A stretch of 64,000 bases of DNA from Tubiluchus corallicola (Eukaryota; Animalia; Priapulida): assembly GCA_030141605.1 (NCBI GenBank), contig JAQGDQ010000004.1:1426001-1490000 (forward strand), written 5' to 3'. A program made the position numbers and the translations under genes. The notes beneath the pieces are model-generated. The model was not told the origin of the DNA. It made no database searches and saw only the letters and a list, made by a program, of their open reading frames with translations. Shown piece after piece: positions 39,901 to 51,579 of this stretch; positions within the stretch are counted from its first letter, which is position 1; each line of letters opens with the position of its first letter.

Positions 39901-42900
39901 GCAAATTGTGATATTGGTGACAGAATACTAAGCTACACACAATTCATTGTAAAGCTGGCTCAGCTATGCAATATATTACCCAAAATAATTTATGTATTAC
40001 ATATAGAAAATCTTAGTACGGAACCACTGGCTTATTAACCACTAAACATTTCTTTTTAATTTCGCAGTATTGTTTCCATAATAACGATGCGCTTTGTTTA
40101 ATTTACTATTTTCATATACAAGTGATAATCAGTTGTTTTTATCACAACAATTGAATCTCTTAGGCTTATATACATACTTGCTTCATTTAGATTTACATGA
40201 CTGGCTTTAACTAAGAGTCGCCAAATTCAAAGGAAACAGGACTTCAGAATAACGCGTACCGGATTTACGCCTACGAAACTTCAATCAAAAAACCAGAGTT
40301 TTATGGTCGAAAAAAAGATCAAGACTTAACAAAGAAACCTCGTACCTTTACAGACAAGATACCACAGTCCACTAAGGAATCCACTTACAACATTGAGCAA
40401 AGTACCGTTCACGATAAAATCAGTTAAGAGTGGATGCAATTTTTATTATTTTTAAGCAAGGTTTTCATGCAACCGAAAAAACAACTACACAAAACTCCAA
40501 CAAGGTACACACAGGTAAATAATACAGAAGGTATGTAACGACAGCCTCGCTTTCGCACAAAGCTGCGTCGTGAGCTATTTTTGTCATACGTGACGTCACG
40601 TAACGCACCTGCCCACATTTCAGGTAGCAACAACAAATAAACACGCAGAGTCCTCTACCGGTAAAAAAATATGCAAAACTCGTTTGTTCATAAATATTTC
40701 TCTTGGTCTTGGGCCTGGGATGTTTTTGTCTAAAACCAAGATTTGTCTGAGACTTGACTAAGATGAGAAGTGAATAAAAGATGGTCTTATGGTACGTTCA
40801 GACATAGAGACTTCTCTTGCAACTTCTTTCAGAGAGAAGCTGCAGGTCGTTCACATGTTGTGCAATAAATTGTGAGAGAAGTCTACATCTGAATGCGCAT
40901 TATGTTTTGACTCGATAAGCTCATTATATCAAACAAGTTTAGAGTAAAAGGAACTTGTAAACAGTGAAATGAATTAAAAATTCTTATTAAGAAATAATTT
41001 GTGTTATCAAGTAAACAGTATTTTAATAACTGACTGGCACACTCTTCGACTAAATACAGTATCTAACAAAATAGAAACCAGAAATACTAAACCACTTTAC
41101 CACAGTTATCAATTAGTTGTACCAGTTACAGCCTGGTGTCCACACAATATTTTTTGTCAGTTTTTTTTAAATCTTGAGCTATTGGTGTACATAATGTGAC
41201 CTAGAGTACCTTCCAGCATTTTGAAATATCCAATGTAGCCACCAAGGCAGATAAACGGTGATATCTCTGCTTTCAATTTTCAACTTGTTGGCCAATGATT
41301 TAATAAATGATGAAAACTCAATTCAAATACCAAACATATGTATTATTATCACAGTTGATTCATTGCATTAGTACTAGTAACATAGCAAATCAAAATAAAT
41401 CAGTAAACTGAGCTAATGAAAGTAAGAAGTAAAGCAAATAAAATTTAGTTGATGATAGGTTAAGTTCAGTAAGTTGGCTAACTAATTAATCAGAACAAAA
41501 ATGGTATATTAAGCAGACTATTGCTTACTGTACAGGCAACTGTGGTAAATGCATTTGAAGACCCAGAACAGGCAAATAATTGCAACTCTGCTATGGATGG
41601 ATCATTGTTATCAATTTCAGCAAAAATGGCTTCAGATGATCTGGTATTACTAACATCGTCATCATTATAATGGTTTGGAGATGTCTGTTTATCTAAATAA
41701 TAAAATCAAAGTATGTGAACAAAACTTTATTATAAATTTATCTATAACATTTTGAACACTGTTAAAGACTTACAGTGCTTAATTAATTAAGTATTTAATT
41801 AAGTTTTTGCTACAGCAAATTCTTCTTGATTCTCATACAGTTATTTATTATTATTGGTATTATTTATTCTCTGCAAATATTTCGCTTAATGACTTGTTAT
41901 GCTTGAAAACTGGTTTTATCTGTTTTTCTTAGAGCATACTCTCCCTCTTCTCTTTGAGCTTCCTCTCTGTAATTTTCCCCTCCCATTTTTCCTACTCCGC
42001 AGTCCGTGCACCCTCTTGACTTGTCCTCACTGTCCATTACTCCACACAGTATCCCTTCCCAATTTTTTTATTCCCAGCATCTTCATCTCGCTAGATTTTC
42101 ATTAATTTTGTTTTTCTCACGTGCTCTCTCCTCCAGGTTCCTCAAGAGTATTCAAGGTAAATTAAATCACATTTTAGTAATTTTTTTTGGTTGATTCAAA
42201 CATTTAGAAGACTATTTAGACATTTTTGTTACTCGAAAGAGAACTTTCATTTTATCTTATCAGTTCTTACAATCCAAGCAAAGCTTATACCTTCAGACTC
42301 TTCCAAAAATCTAATAATACCATTGTAAAAGTTATCGAATGTTATAAATCCTGTTTCAGCTGGATCCATAAGTCTTACAAGTTGTAGTGGTACCATATTC
42401 TGAAATAATGAAGCAAAGAAAACCATAATTACTTATTAAATGGCAGTACTAAACTGGATACTACGAGTCACAAAGATAACTGTATGAACCACGTAATACA
42501 TCAATCAAATTATTAATTGACACGAACTTGAGTTGACTGCCCTCCAAACTAAAAATTGTTAATTCATTTACTATTACGTAACTATTACTATTACTATTAA
42601 GTTATAATTAGTTTTTGATGACCCTTGTCTGTGACACCGTACGGAAAGCAGAACATTTCACAGTTATACTAGATATTTCAGTTTATTTTTCAAACGTATA
42701 CACAATTGAAAATTAATAATAACACGTACTTTGTTTAAGCCTGCAGTGTTGTCGTCTTTGTCTTGAACATTTGTTTTTCCCGAAGTTTGATCAAAGAAAG
42801 ACAGTAAAAGCTTATTGAAGTACTTCGCAGAGACTAAACCAGTTTTTTCTTGGTCACAAACGTCGAACACGTCTCTCAGTTGTTCAAGACTTTCACTATC

Positions 42901-42903
42901 CAT
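24841..42903 (-). CDS. RAB11FIP4: Rab11 family-interacting protein 3/4-like (class II FIP, nuf-like), spliced gene, 15 coding exons, ~630 aa
   Basis: Manual exon join 42903-42730, 42399-42291, 41692-41529, 34975-34743, 34497-34348, 33972-33934, 32326-32288, 30803-30671, 30268-30165, 28316-28226, 28009-27960, 27396-27177, 26230-26102, 25588-25451, 24960-24841 gives one frame (1893 nt). EF-hand pair ([14 protein letters not shown]; [15 protein letters not shown]), EDYGE motif, coiled coil ([18 protein letters not shown]) and C-terminal FIP-RBD ([19 protein letters not shown]). Probably co-orthologous to vertebrate FIP3 and FIP4, so the symbol is approximate. Confidence 0.92.
25451..25588 (-). 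CDS. RAB11FIP4: RAB11FIP3/4-like exon 14
   Basis: [17 protein letters not shown]...[13 protein letters not shown]; conserved SLAAE motif. Confidence 0.9.
26102..26230 (-). CDS. RAB11FIP4: RAB11FIP3/4-like exon 13
   Basis: [14 protein letters not shown]...[10 protein letters not shown]; CAG acceptor, GTAAGC donor. Confidence 0.88.
27177..27396 (-). CDS. RAB11FIP4: RAB11FIP3/4-like exon 12
   Basis: [19 protein letters not shown]...SEQAHTQ coiled coil; in phase with both neighbours. Confidence 0.88.
27960..28009 (-). CDS. RAB11FIP4: RAB11FIP3/4-like exon 11
   Basis: [16 protein letters not shown]; TTCTAG acceptor, GTAAGT donor. Confidence 0.85.
28226..28316 (-). CDS. RAB11FIP4: RAB11FIP3/4-like exon 10
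   Basis: [30 protein letters not shown]; CTAG acceptor, GTACTT donor. Confidence 0.87.
30165..30268 (-). CDS. RAB11FIP4: RAB11FIP3/4-like exon 9 (coiled coil; GC donor)
   Basis: [35 protein letters not shown]; frame requires the CG|GCAAGT donor. Confidence 0.85.
30671..30803 (-). CDS. RAB11FIP4: RAB11FIP3/4-like exon 8
   Basis: [11 protein letters not shown]...[13 protein letters not shown]; TAG acceptor, GTAATT donor. Confidence 0.85.
32288..32326 (-). CDS. RAB11FIP4: RAB11FIP3/4-like 39-nt micro-exon ([13 protein letters not shown])
   Basis: TTTTTTCAG acceptor, AG|GTAAGT donor; resembles the SP..RLSS motif before the coiled coil of FIP3/4. Confidence 0.8.
   Translation of the reverse strand, partial: SCESKVVLKCIS
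33637..33840. repeat. 102-bp direct tandem duplication (2 copies, 1 mismatch seen) in a FIP intron
   Basis: GAACTAAAATACCCTATTTT...AAATCTCTGCAT repeated at offset 102. Confidence 0.95.
33934..33972 (-). CDS. RAB11FIP4: RAB11FIP3/4-like candidate 39-nt micro-exon ([13 protein letters not shown])
   Basis: TAG acceptor and AAG|GTATAT donor, symmetric phase 2-2, locally GC-richer than the intron; not needed for frame. Confidence 0.5.
34348..34497 (-). CDS. RAB11FIP4: RAB11FIP3/4-like exon 5 (EDYGE motif)
   Basis: [19 protein letters not shown]...HHYN; TTTAG acceptor, GTACGT donor. Confidence 0.85.
34743..34975 (-). CDS. RAB11FIP4: RAB11FIP3/4-like exon 4
   Basis: CACAG acceptor, [13 protein letters not shown]...DHYS; donor GTGGGG (alternative in-phase donor GTAATC would end the exon at 34716). 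Confidence 0.78.
41529..41692 (-). CDS. RAB11FIP4: RAB11FIP3/4-like exon 3 (linker)
   Basis: TTTAG acceptor, open frame [13 protein letters not shown]...TVACT, GTAAGC donor; phases 1->0 fit both neighbours. Confidence 0.72.
42291..42399 (-). CDS. RAB11FIP4: RAB11FIP3/4-like exon 2 (EF-hand 2)
   Basis: TTTCAG acceptor; [36 protein letters not shown]; GTATAA donor. Confidence 0.88.
42730..42903 (-). CDS. RAB11FIP4: RAB11FIP3/4-like coding exon 1 (EF-hand 1), proximal copy
   Basis: ATG at 42903, [22 protein letters not shown]...AGLNK, donor GTACGT, phase 0. Confidence 0.88.
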
Positions 42904-44233
42904 TGTGAAACACCAAATAACATACCCGGTGTTCAAGTTACTAGAGTTCAAAAACAAAACCCAACATCGCTGTCGAACTATCAATGTCAACAGAGCACAA
43001 GGGTTTCTCCTTCCGCGTTCAGCTTCTGTTCGCTGCCAAATAGTTCTAATGGCTTCACTGAATGTAAATTATCATACGAAATCATCATCAAAAATTGGTC
43101 AGTAAAAGAAAATGGCGTGCTAAATGCTGAATGTTTCTAAAGTAATTATAGTCTGAGTTGTAGGCAGGCCGATAAACTGGCTATTCATTACGATGATCGC
43201 GTTAATACCAGGAAATATGACCCACTGAGTTAACAGAGCTTTGCTAACTAGTGAGCTCGCGCTTCTTTGGTCTCTGTAGTAAACTGACTTTGCGTAACGG
43301 TTTTACCATGTATGCCCACAACTACGGGCACAAGCTACAGTATACTCGTACACCGTACTCCTACAACAATGAGAAGAGGACGTGAACGCACTACACTCTT
43401 ACAACAATGGCCAAATGAATCTTATAGTAATTATAGTTGGTACGCTTTCTATACACCCAAACTATTAATCGAGTAGGCTACTAATTACAACGAATTAACA
43501 TACACTGACACACAAAACTGAATGAATTCAGATCCAAATCCGCGAGCGTAACACCGTGATCGTGTTTACACTTGATGCCCAGTGCCTTTAATTGATCCAT
43601 TGACAGAGGTCACTATTCACATCACCACTTTCAAGGCCCCTATCGAAGATGCCTACCCTACGAGTTTCCTGTGTCCAACCATCCGCGTTTGTGAGTAAAG
43701 ATGAATTAAAGTTGAATGCTCTTATTTTCACATTTTGGGTCAGGACTATCTTGGGCACGAGACATTTGGGCACCAATAAAATGTAATGTTATATCTAGTT
43801 TTTTATTTTTGTTTATTATATTTTTAATGACTCATTATTTTACTAATTCCCACAACATTTTTTAAAAAAATGGTTGCTTCACTAAATTAAAAATATGCAG
43901 TAATATACAACATAACAATCAATACTCAATTGACTTTGCACTTCCGGGGTTTCCATTTTTATTCAGTAGTATGTGTTGTTTTTAAAATCAACAAGGCAGA
44001 AAGACACCTCGAGTTAGCACTTTATTAAAACATGACAATATTTTATTTCAAAAAACACGTTATCATCACGTGTACTATTACGTAACTATTACTATTACTA
44101 TTAAGTTATAATTAGTTTTTGATGACCCTTGTCTGTGACACCGTACGGAAAGCAGAACATTTCACAGTTATACTAGATATTTCAGTTTATTTTTCAAACG
44201 TATACACAATTGAAAATTAATAATAACACGTAC

Positions 44234-44407
44234 TTTGTTTAAGCCTGCAGTGTTGTCGTCTTTGTCTTGAACATTTGTTTTTCCCGAAGTTTGATCAAAG
44301 AAAGACAGTAAAAGCTTATTGAAGTACTTCGCAGAGACTAAACCAGTTTTTTCTTGGTCACAAACGTCGAACACGTCTCTCAGTTGTTCAAGACTTTCAC
44401 TATCCAT
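44234..44407 (-). CDS. RAB11FIP4: RAB11FIP3/4-like coding exon 1, identical distal duplicate copy
   Basis: Same sequence as 42730-42903 at offset 1504, inside the tandem duplication. Confidence 0.6.
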
Positions 44408-46588
44408 TGTGAAACACCAAATAACATACCCGGTGTTCAAGTTACTAGAGTTCAAAAACAAAACCCAACATCGCTGTCGAACTATCAATGTCAACAGAGC
44501 ACAAGGGTTTCTCCTTCCGCGTTCAGCTTCTGTTCGCTGCCAAATAGTTCTAATGGCTTCACTGAATGTAAATTATCATACGAAATCATCATCAAAAATT
44601 GGTCAGTAAAAGAAAATGGCGTGCTAAATGCTGAATGTTTCTAAAGTAATTATAGTCTGAGTTGTAGGCAGGCCGATAAACTGGCTATTCATTACGATGA
44701 TCGCGTTAATACCAGGAAATATGACCCACTGAGTTAACAGAGCTTTGCTAACTAGTGAGCTCGCGCTTCTTTGGTCTCTGTAGTAAACTGACTTTGCGTA
44801 ACGGTTTTACCATGTATGCCCACAACTACGGGCACAAGCTACAGTATACTCGTACACCGTACTCCTACAACAATGAGAAGAGGACGTGAACGCACTACAC
44901 TCTTACAACAATGGCCAAATGAATCTTATAGTAATTATAGTTGGTACGCTTTCTATACACCCAAACTATTAATCGAGTAGGCTACTAATTACAACGAATT
45001 AACATACACTGACACACAAAACTGAATGAATTCAGATCCAAATCCGCGAGCGTAACACCGTGATCGTGTTTACACTTGATGCCCAGTGCCTTTAATTGAT
45101 CCATTGACAGAGGTCACTATTCACATCACCACTTTCAAGGCCCCTATCGAAGATGCCTACCCTACGAGTTTCCTGTGTCCAACCATCCGCGTTTGTGAGT
45201 AAAGATGAATTAAAGTGAATGCTCTTATTTTCACATTTTGGGTCAGGACTATCTTGGGCACGAGACATTTGGGCACCAATAAAATGTAATGTTATATCTA
45301 GTTTTTTATTTTTGTTTATTATATTTTTAATGACTCATTATTTTACTAATTCCCACAACATTTTTAAAAAAAAAAATGGTTGCTTCACTAAATTAAAAAT
45401 ATGCAGTAATATACAACATAACAATCAATACTCAATTGACTTTGCACTTCCGGGGTTTCCATTTTTATTCAGTAGTATGTGTTGTTTTTAAAATCAACAA
45501 GGCAGAAAGACACCTCGAGTTAGCACTTTATTAAAACATGACAATATTTTATTTCAAAAAACACGTTATCATCACGTGTATCACAAAAACACTAAATAAC
45601 TGAAATGCGCGTGGCAGCAAAATCTATTCGCACCAAAATCACTCTAAATATTCACCGAACGCTTGCTGTGCTTTAGGAGAAACCGACCTTGAATGCGTTG
45701 TTTAGTTCTTTAGTTGCCAATACTAGCTGCCAACTTGAAAACAACCAGTTAGATGTTTAGATGTTTTATATCTTACATGACAATGAATAATCAGGCACTG
45801 AACTAGGACTCCCATTTAAAACTACCGTCCTAGGCAGCATGATTGTACAACACGTTGGACGTTGTGCCTTGGCGCTGGCGCCCAAATGGGCCGTGTCCAA
45901 CTTTCTCGTGTCCAAATGTCATGTCCACATTTGCTATTGATCAGCAGAAATTTTGTAATAATATGTTATAATGAATTCTGCATCGATTGACAGAGTTGGG
46001 TATTTAATCCCCAAATTTGAATTTAAGACGGACCAAATGGCCACGCCCAAATGTTTTGTCCCCTTCTGAAAGTGGCATCACTTGTAAAGTTGCTTTTTCG
46101 ATCAATTGAGCGTTCCCTCTAGCAGTCCTGTTTTCCAAGTCAAATTATGATCGTGGAACTAACGATTACTAATTTTCTTATGTTCTGTTATTGTTATGTC
46201 ATACTATGTTCATGCTATTGTTAACTAAACTAAAATATCTCTTACATTTTCAATCAAAAGAATGCGTTCCGGATCATACTGGCATGCCGATTGAAGTTCA
46301 TGTCTAGTTTAACAAACATATGCTCAGGTTGGTTGTCACTCTTATGTCACTCTCATGCTCTTGTCATTCTTTAAGCGTGCTTTACGAGTTTCACCTCGGA
46401 AAAGCCCAGTAATTGTTTTTTTGGTAGTTGTTTACTAGCTACAGCCTTTAGTCCAATTACAATCTTGACTTGCTGTTTTTCGTCCAAGCTGTCTGAGTAA
46501 TTTTCGTCATTCATTAACGGCTGGAGTCCGCCTGTGCCCAAGAATCCATCAGGGAGAGGGAGAGGGGGATGAGGGGAAGGAGAGAATT

Positions 46589-46678
<90 letters not shown>
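46589..46678 (+). repeat. (GA)n microsatellite at the LINE 3' end
   Basis: Direct reading. Confidence 0.97.
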
Positions 46679-46682
<4 letters not shown>

Positions 46683-49600
46683 TTATTATTATAATTCTTT
46701 ATTTTTAAAAACTATGTACAGAATACATTCCCTCTATTTGTAGGGATATGTTTAAAATTTCTAAAAGCATTTACAACGTATTAAACCTATTCACATATAT
46801 ATATAATTTAGAATCCAACGCATGAGACACGTTGAACGACACCGATCATATACAATAGACATAGTTACAAATTATAATCCAACACTACATACATACATAA
46901 TAAAAGATAACGAACACATTTTAATACTTAGTAACAAAAATTTACACACATCATACACAATGAAAAACAGCGAGTACAATCATAATAAACATAATTACCA
47001 ATTCTAATGTAAATTCACATAATCATAAATAAAAACAAAACAGCATATAGAAAACACGACGAGAGTTTAAAATTTCATCACCAACAGACTGTTTATATAC
47101 GGGCGAAAGACGATAGGAATTCATCCGAGATAAGATTTGCAAAAGCATTTATAGCATTATTATCCCGGCTAGAGAAAACATAGTCCGAATCTAACGTAGG
47201 CAGAGTGCTAATAAAATCATTTCTTTTGGCTTTGCTTACTGATGTACATTCAAATAATAAATGATGTACAGACTGAGGGCTTAATAAGCAGTTACATGTA
47301 CTATTAGGAGCCTGCCCAATTTTGTACAAAAATTCCTTAAAATTTCTCTGCTTAAGTAATAAACTGAAAGCTAAAACTTCTAATTTTCTCCTGCCCAAAG
47401 AGACGGGGAATTGCATGGGCGTATTAAAACCTTTTATCGGGTTAATACTGGTGTTAGTACATTGGTACTTGTGGCGGCATCTATTTGTCCACATATGCAA
47501 CACATAATTGTCAATGTCACTTTTCTTGTATTGAAACGTAGGTGGTGGTAAAGATGCTATATCCGTGTTACGCCAGTTTATATCTTTACTGATTTTTAAA
47601 AATTCGCATGTATAGGCTAGTAATTGAAGTAAAAAGTGATTATGATCAAGATGAGGATTTGCATGACTATTTATCAAGTGTAATTTGACAATATCATCAT
47701 TTGAGGCAGATAGTACTTTCAGGATAAATTTTGCAGCTACACTTTTAAAGATTATGTCGAGAGGTGGCAGACCACAGATCAACTCTAATTTTTCACGAGA
47801 CGGGTGAAAGTTACAGCCTGTTCCAGTTTTCATAACATCATATATAATATCATCAAAGAAGCTATGGTTGCGCACCATACAAAATTATAGGTAGAATAAT
47901 CGTTTTAAAGAGCAAGATTACAGTACGGAGACTAAAACCTTTGTAGAGGGTACATTTTCGTTTGATTTGTAACCATCTATACCATGCTTTTTTCCTGACG
48001 ATATTGATTTGTAACTCAAAAGACAACTGCTTGTCTATAAAACATCTAGCACCCTACTGCTGTGCACGTAATTAAGCTTTGATTCCCGAATGACATTTTG
48101 GTTTTCCATGCCAAAAGGTAAAACCTCAGTTTTATCAGGTGAGCAGTTAATAACCTGTCTCCATTTTCTACACCAGATATGAAGCCTATCACAGCACTGC
48201 TGTCTTAAGTTCACTACATCTGTATCTGTAGAACCCGATGCAAGGATTATGCCGTCATCAGCGTATTTGAAAGAATCAACCCTCGGCAGAGTCAATATTT
48301 GTTTAAACATATCTGACACATGGAAAATGAAAAGTAAAGGTGAGACAACCAAAGCCTGGGAAACCCCAATCTTACAGTCATATTCACATGAAGTATAACT
48401 TCCAAGTTTAATACATACTTTTCTATTATAAAGAAAATATTTGAGTAACCCTAACATCTTTCCCTGGATAGCAGCAGAAAGAGCCGAAAAACAAGACCGT
48501 CTAACCAGATACTATCGAACGCACGTTGAAAATCGCAACAGATCGCCAGAGATGGGATTTCCTGTAATTGATTTTCTTGTATACTGGAAATTAAACGCAC
48601 TAAATACCGCCCGCAATTGTTTTCAGGCATGAATCATTCTTGTTCTTTGTCGATAAGTCCATTTTCGAGCATAAATTTCTTAGACGGTTTGTAATTAGCC
48701 GTTCTGCAAGTTTTCCAAAATAAGATGATATTGTTATTGGCCTAAAACTTCCAGGATCAGTATAAGTAGCTTTATTTTCTTTTTTGATAAAGATGACTTT
48801 AGAGTGGCACCATACCCAGATACCTCGTGTCAAACAAAGGTTACATAAATGTAAAAAACCGCTTTGGCCCAAAAACCAAGATGATTTATCATTAACCATC
48901 ACTATCAACGCTTTTACCAAATATGGGAGTCTCTTTGATAGCTGAATTTAAATCATTCATGCAAAAGTCAGAGTTAATTTCCTGGGGTTCCTTGCTAAAG
49001 TCATCAATACCAGTTATACTGTGTTCAACAAAAATGTGCCATCTATCATCGATATTTGCGTCGTGTACATGTTCGCCACTGAGAAAGCTTTCATATAGAA
49101 CTTGGCATAGATCGTTTGGATCAGTGTGAACAGGCTCTATGTGAATCAGTAATGCAATATCCGACTGGTTTGCATTAGCAAAATTTTTTTTGTACGATTT
49201 CCAAAAAAGGCTGCCTTGCGACACATTTAATTTAGCGCATTTTTCTTATATCCCTTTATCAGCTGCTAATTTGAGTTCTTGATCAAAAATTGATTTTGCC
49301 TCGATATATAGGTTTTTATTTGTGAAGTTAGATATTTTCAGATACTCTTTTCTATAATGACGAACTGCATTTGATAACATTGTTAGATTTTGCGTCCAGA
49401 ATGGTTTTGAGTGAGCACAGATTACTTTCTTCAGTAACGTTTTTTCGTTCGCTTGACCTATTAAGCTCTTGAATATATTCCAAACTTCCCAAGGATCTTG
49501 CAAGAGTATAGCTGCATAGCTGCATAGCTGCGTTTATATGTGGAAAATACATACGTATTTCCTTTTCCAAAACACCGCTCCAAGCATGCCAATTACTATT

Positions 49601-50934
49601 TTTGAAATCAAACACAGTTCGCGCTCTGGGTGATCTATTGTGTCTGGGTGGAAGTGATATAACAGAGTTTACAACAAAATGACCCATTAGCGGTGCACCA
49701 GAAAACAATTCTGTATATCTATCAACATTTTGCGTAGTTCTAAATGAGGTTAATTTGTGTTAATAAAATAATGTCAATAATGCTTTTACCGTTTACAGAG
49801 CAAAAAGTCTCAGTAAAAGGCGCTGTAGGTGTAACAGGGTAATTGCTGGGCCAAATAAAATTATTTAAAAGACCGCCTAGTTCATTCGTCTTTACATCCC
49901 ACGTGAAACTTTTTGCATTAAAATCACCCGTTGCTATTACGCCATCTAAACCATGGGTTTCAACATAATGGCAAGCTTTAGCTATTGACTTTAAAACACT
50001 TTGCCTATGGGAAGAAGATTGGGCAGTACATATATTGAGGCAATGATAAATTTAAATTCAAAAAGTTTTACTAAAACCCACACTGAGTCGGTATAGTCAT
50101 CCTCAAAGTGTTCCAAGCGACAGCTGGTTAATCCATTTTTAACAAAGATAGCACAACCACTAGTAGCTGTGTTTCTAACTTTAACATATTCATGATAATT
50201 GATTAAAGATACTTCTTCACGTTTAACCTTAAGTTCCTGTACAGCAACAATGTCAAAATTTCCACTGTTTACATAATTATCTAAGGCCCGTTTAGATCTA
50301 GCTGAGAAGTAATTTATATTGATTTGACATATCTTAAAATTGTTGAACTGATTACTGAACGTTATTACCAGATAACCGTTTCACCTCTGCTTGGTACTTC
50401 GGGCAGTTGCTTCTGGCCTCGTGGTCCCCTTTGCAATTGGAGCACTTCTTTTCGTTGGAATCACAGTCTGATGTATTGTGCTTGCCAGATACCTCACACC
50501 ACAGTTCTGTTACACCATTTTGAGACGTGTCAAAATTCTGGCACTTGAAGCACCGTAGCGGTTTTGGCTTGGTGACAAACTGTTCCACACCACAAATTAG
50601 TTAACCGATGGCTATTCCTTTCCTTTTGGCTTCATTCAACATGTCCGCACTACTGAATTTCACTTTTACGGCAGTCATTGGTTTACCACTTTTGAACTTG
50701 AAACCTTTTATAGCTGCATCATAATCAAATTGCTGGACATCATGCGGGATTTCATCTCTGTCATGCTGGGATCACAGTCTCGTACTAGACCTCAGAATTG
50801 CATCTTAGGTTTTCTCGCATTCGTATTATCACCTAGAAAACATGGCCGCCATTTCTGAAGAATGTCGTTTGCTGTTTTGGTGTCCGGAAGTTGCACTTGG
50901 ATTTTTCCAGTTGCCGTCCTGAAAGCTACTTCAA
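46679..50934 (-). mobile_element. Decayed non-LTR retrotransposon (LINE; I/Jockey-group-like architecture), 5'-truncated
   Basis: ORF1 remnants with zinc knuckles (PLRCFKCQ.., CSNCKGDH; ~50350-50930). APE endonuclease motifs (FDIVAVQE, IATGDFNA; ~49750-50330). RT with FRPITISS and YADD (48254-48265). C-terminal CNC...HHLLFEC zinc finger in ORF 47093-47878. Many frameshifts and stops. Minus-strand AATAAA (46698-46703) followed by a short AAT-rich tail. Confidence 0.92.
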
Positions 50935-50944
50935 AGAGAGAGCG

Positions 50945-51022
<78 letters not shown>
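50935..51022 (+). repeat. (GA)n microsatellite at the LINE 5' end
   Basis: Direct reading. Confidence 0.97.
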
Positions 51023-51023
<1 letters not shown>

Positions 51024-51186
51024 ACAGTAATTTGAATTGCTGCAACCAAGAGAACTAACGTCAAAGCACAGAATAAGCTAATACTATGAGCCAAGTTGAT
51101 TCCAATCTTAGTGTGAGTGGAATCATTGTGCTTCACTAATATTAGCAGTATGTTTATTGTCCATGACCATGTCAGTGAGTAACACT

Positions 51187-51242
51187 GGCCCTGGTTAGTA
51201 ATTGGATGGACTGCCTGGGAATACCAGGTGCTGTAGACTTTT
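51187..51242 (+). pseudogene. 5S rRNA 3'-half pseudogene with oligo-T terminator
   Basis: GGCCCTGGTTAGTAATTGGATGGACTGCCTGGGAATACCAGGTGCTGTAGACTTTT closely follows the animal 5S 3' half; 5' half/box A absent, small deletion in the box C region. Confidence 0.85.
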
Positions 51243-51579
51243 AATTTAATTTTTTTCCAATTTTATGATTATAGGGGGTTTTATTGTAATACAGATATAT
51301 CGATCACTTTAGTAAGTTTAGTATGTAGTTATTTAGTCTTTCATATATACATGTAGTTGTTTCCTTTTTTCTAACTTAGCATATTTAGTATACCAGGTGA
51401 CTAGTATTAAATTATGGGATAAAATAAATTGCAGACATTATTATGGACAACATTTCATGTATTTAAAGATAATAATATGACAAATTTGCATCACAGTAGA
51501 TCATATATGGCCATCACATATGCAATAATGGATACATGAGATCTAAACGCATACAGATAAGTGACAGTTACCCAACACA

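Larger units (their letters stand above)
42569..45580. repeat. Head-to-tail tandem duplication, ~1.5 kb unit (42569-44074 / 44073-45580)
   Basis: Copies identical by eye except a 1-nt indel (AAAGTTGAA vs AAAGTGAA) and a T6A7 vs T5A11 run; TA microhomology at the junction. Confidence 0.97.

Noticed and set aside
42815-43140. Plus-strand 96-aa ORFs (and duplicates at 44319-44644)
   Set aside because: Antisense shadows of FIP exon 1 and its promoter; no recognisable domain
50792-51136. 114-aa ORF with an SLSLSL run
   Set aside because: Read-through of the (TC)n microsatellite into LINE ORF1 remnants; not a gene
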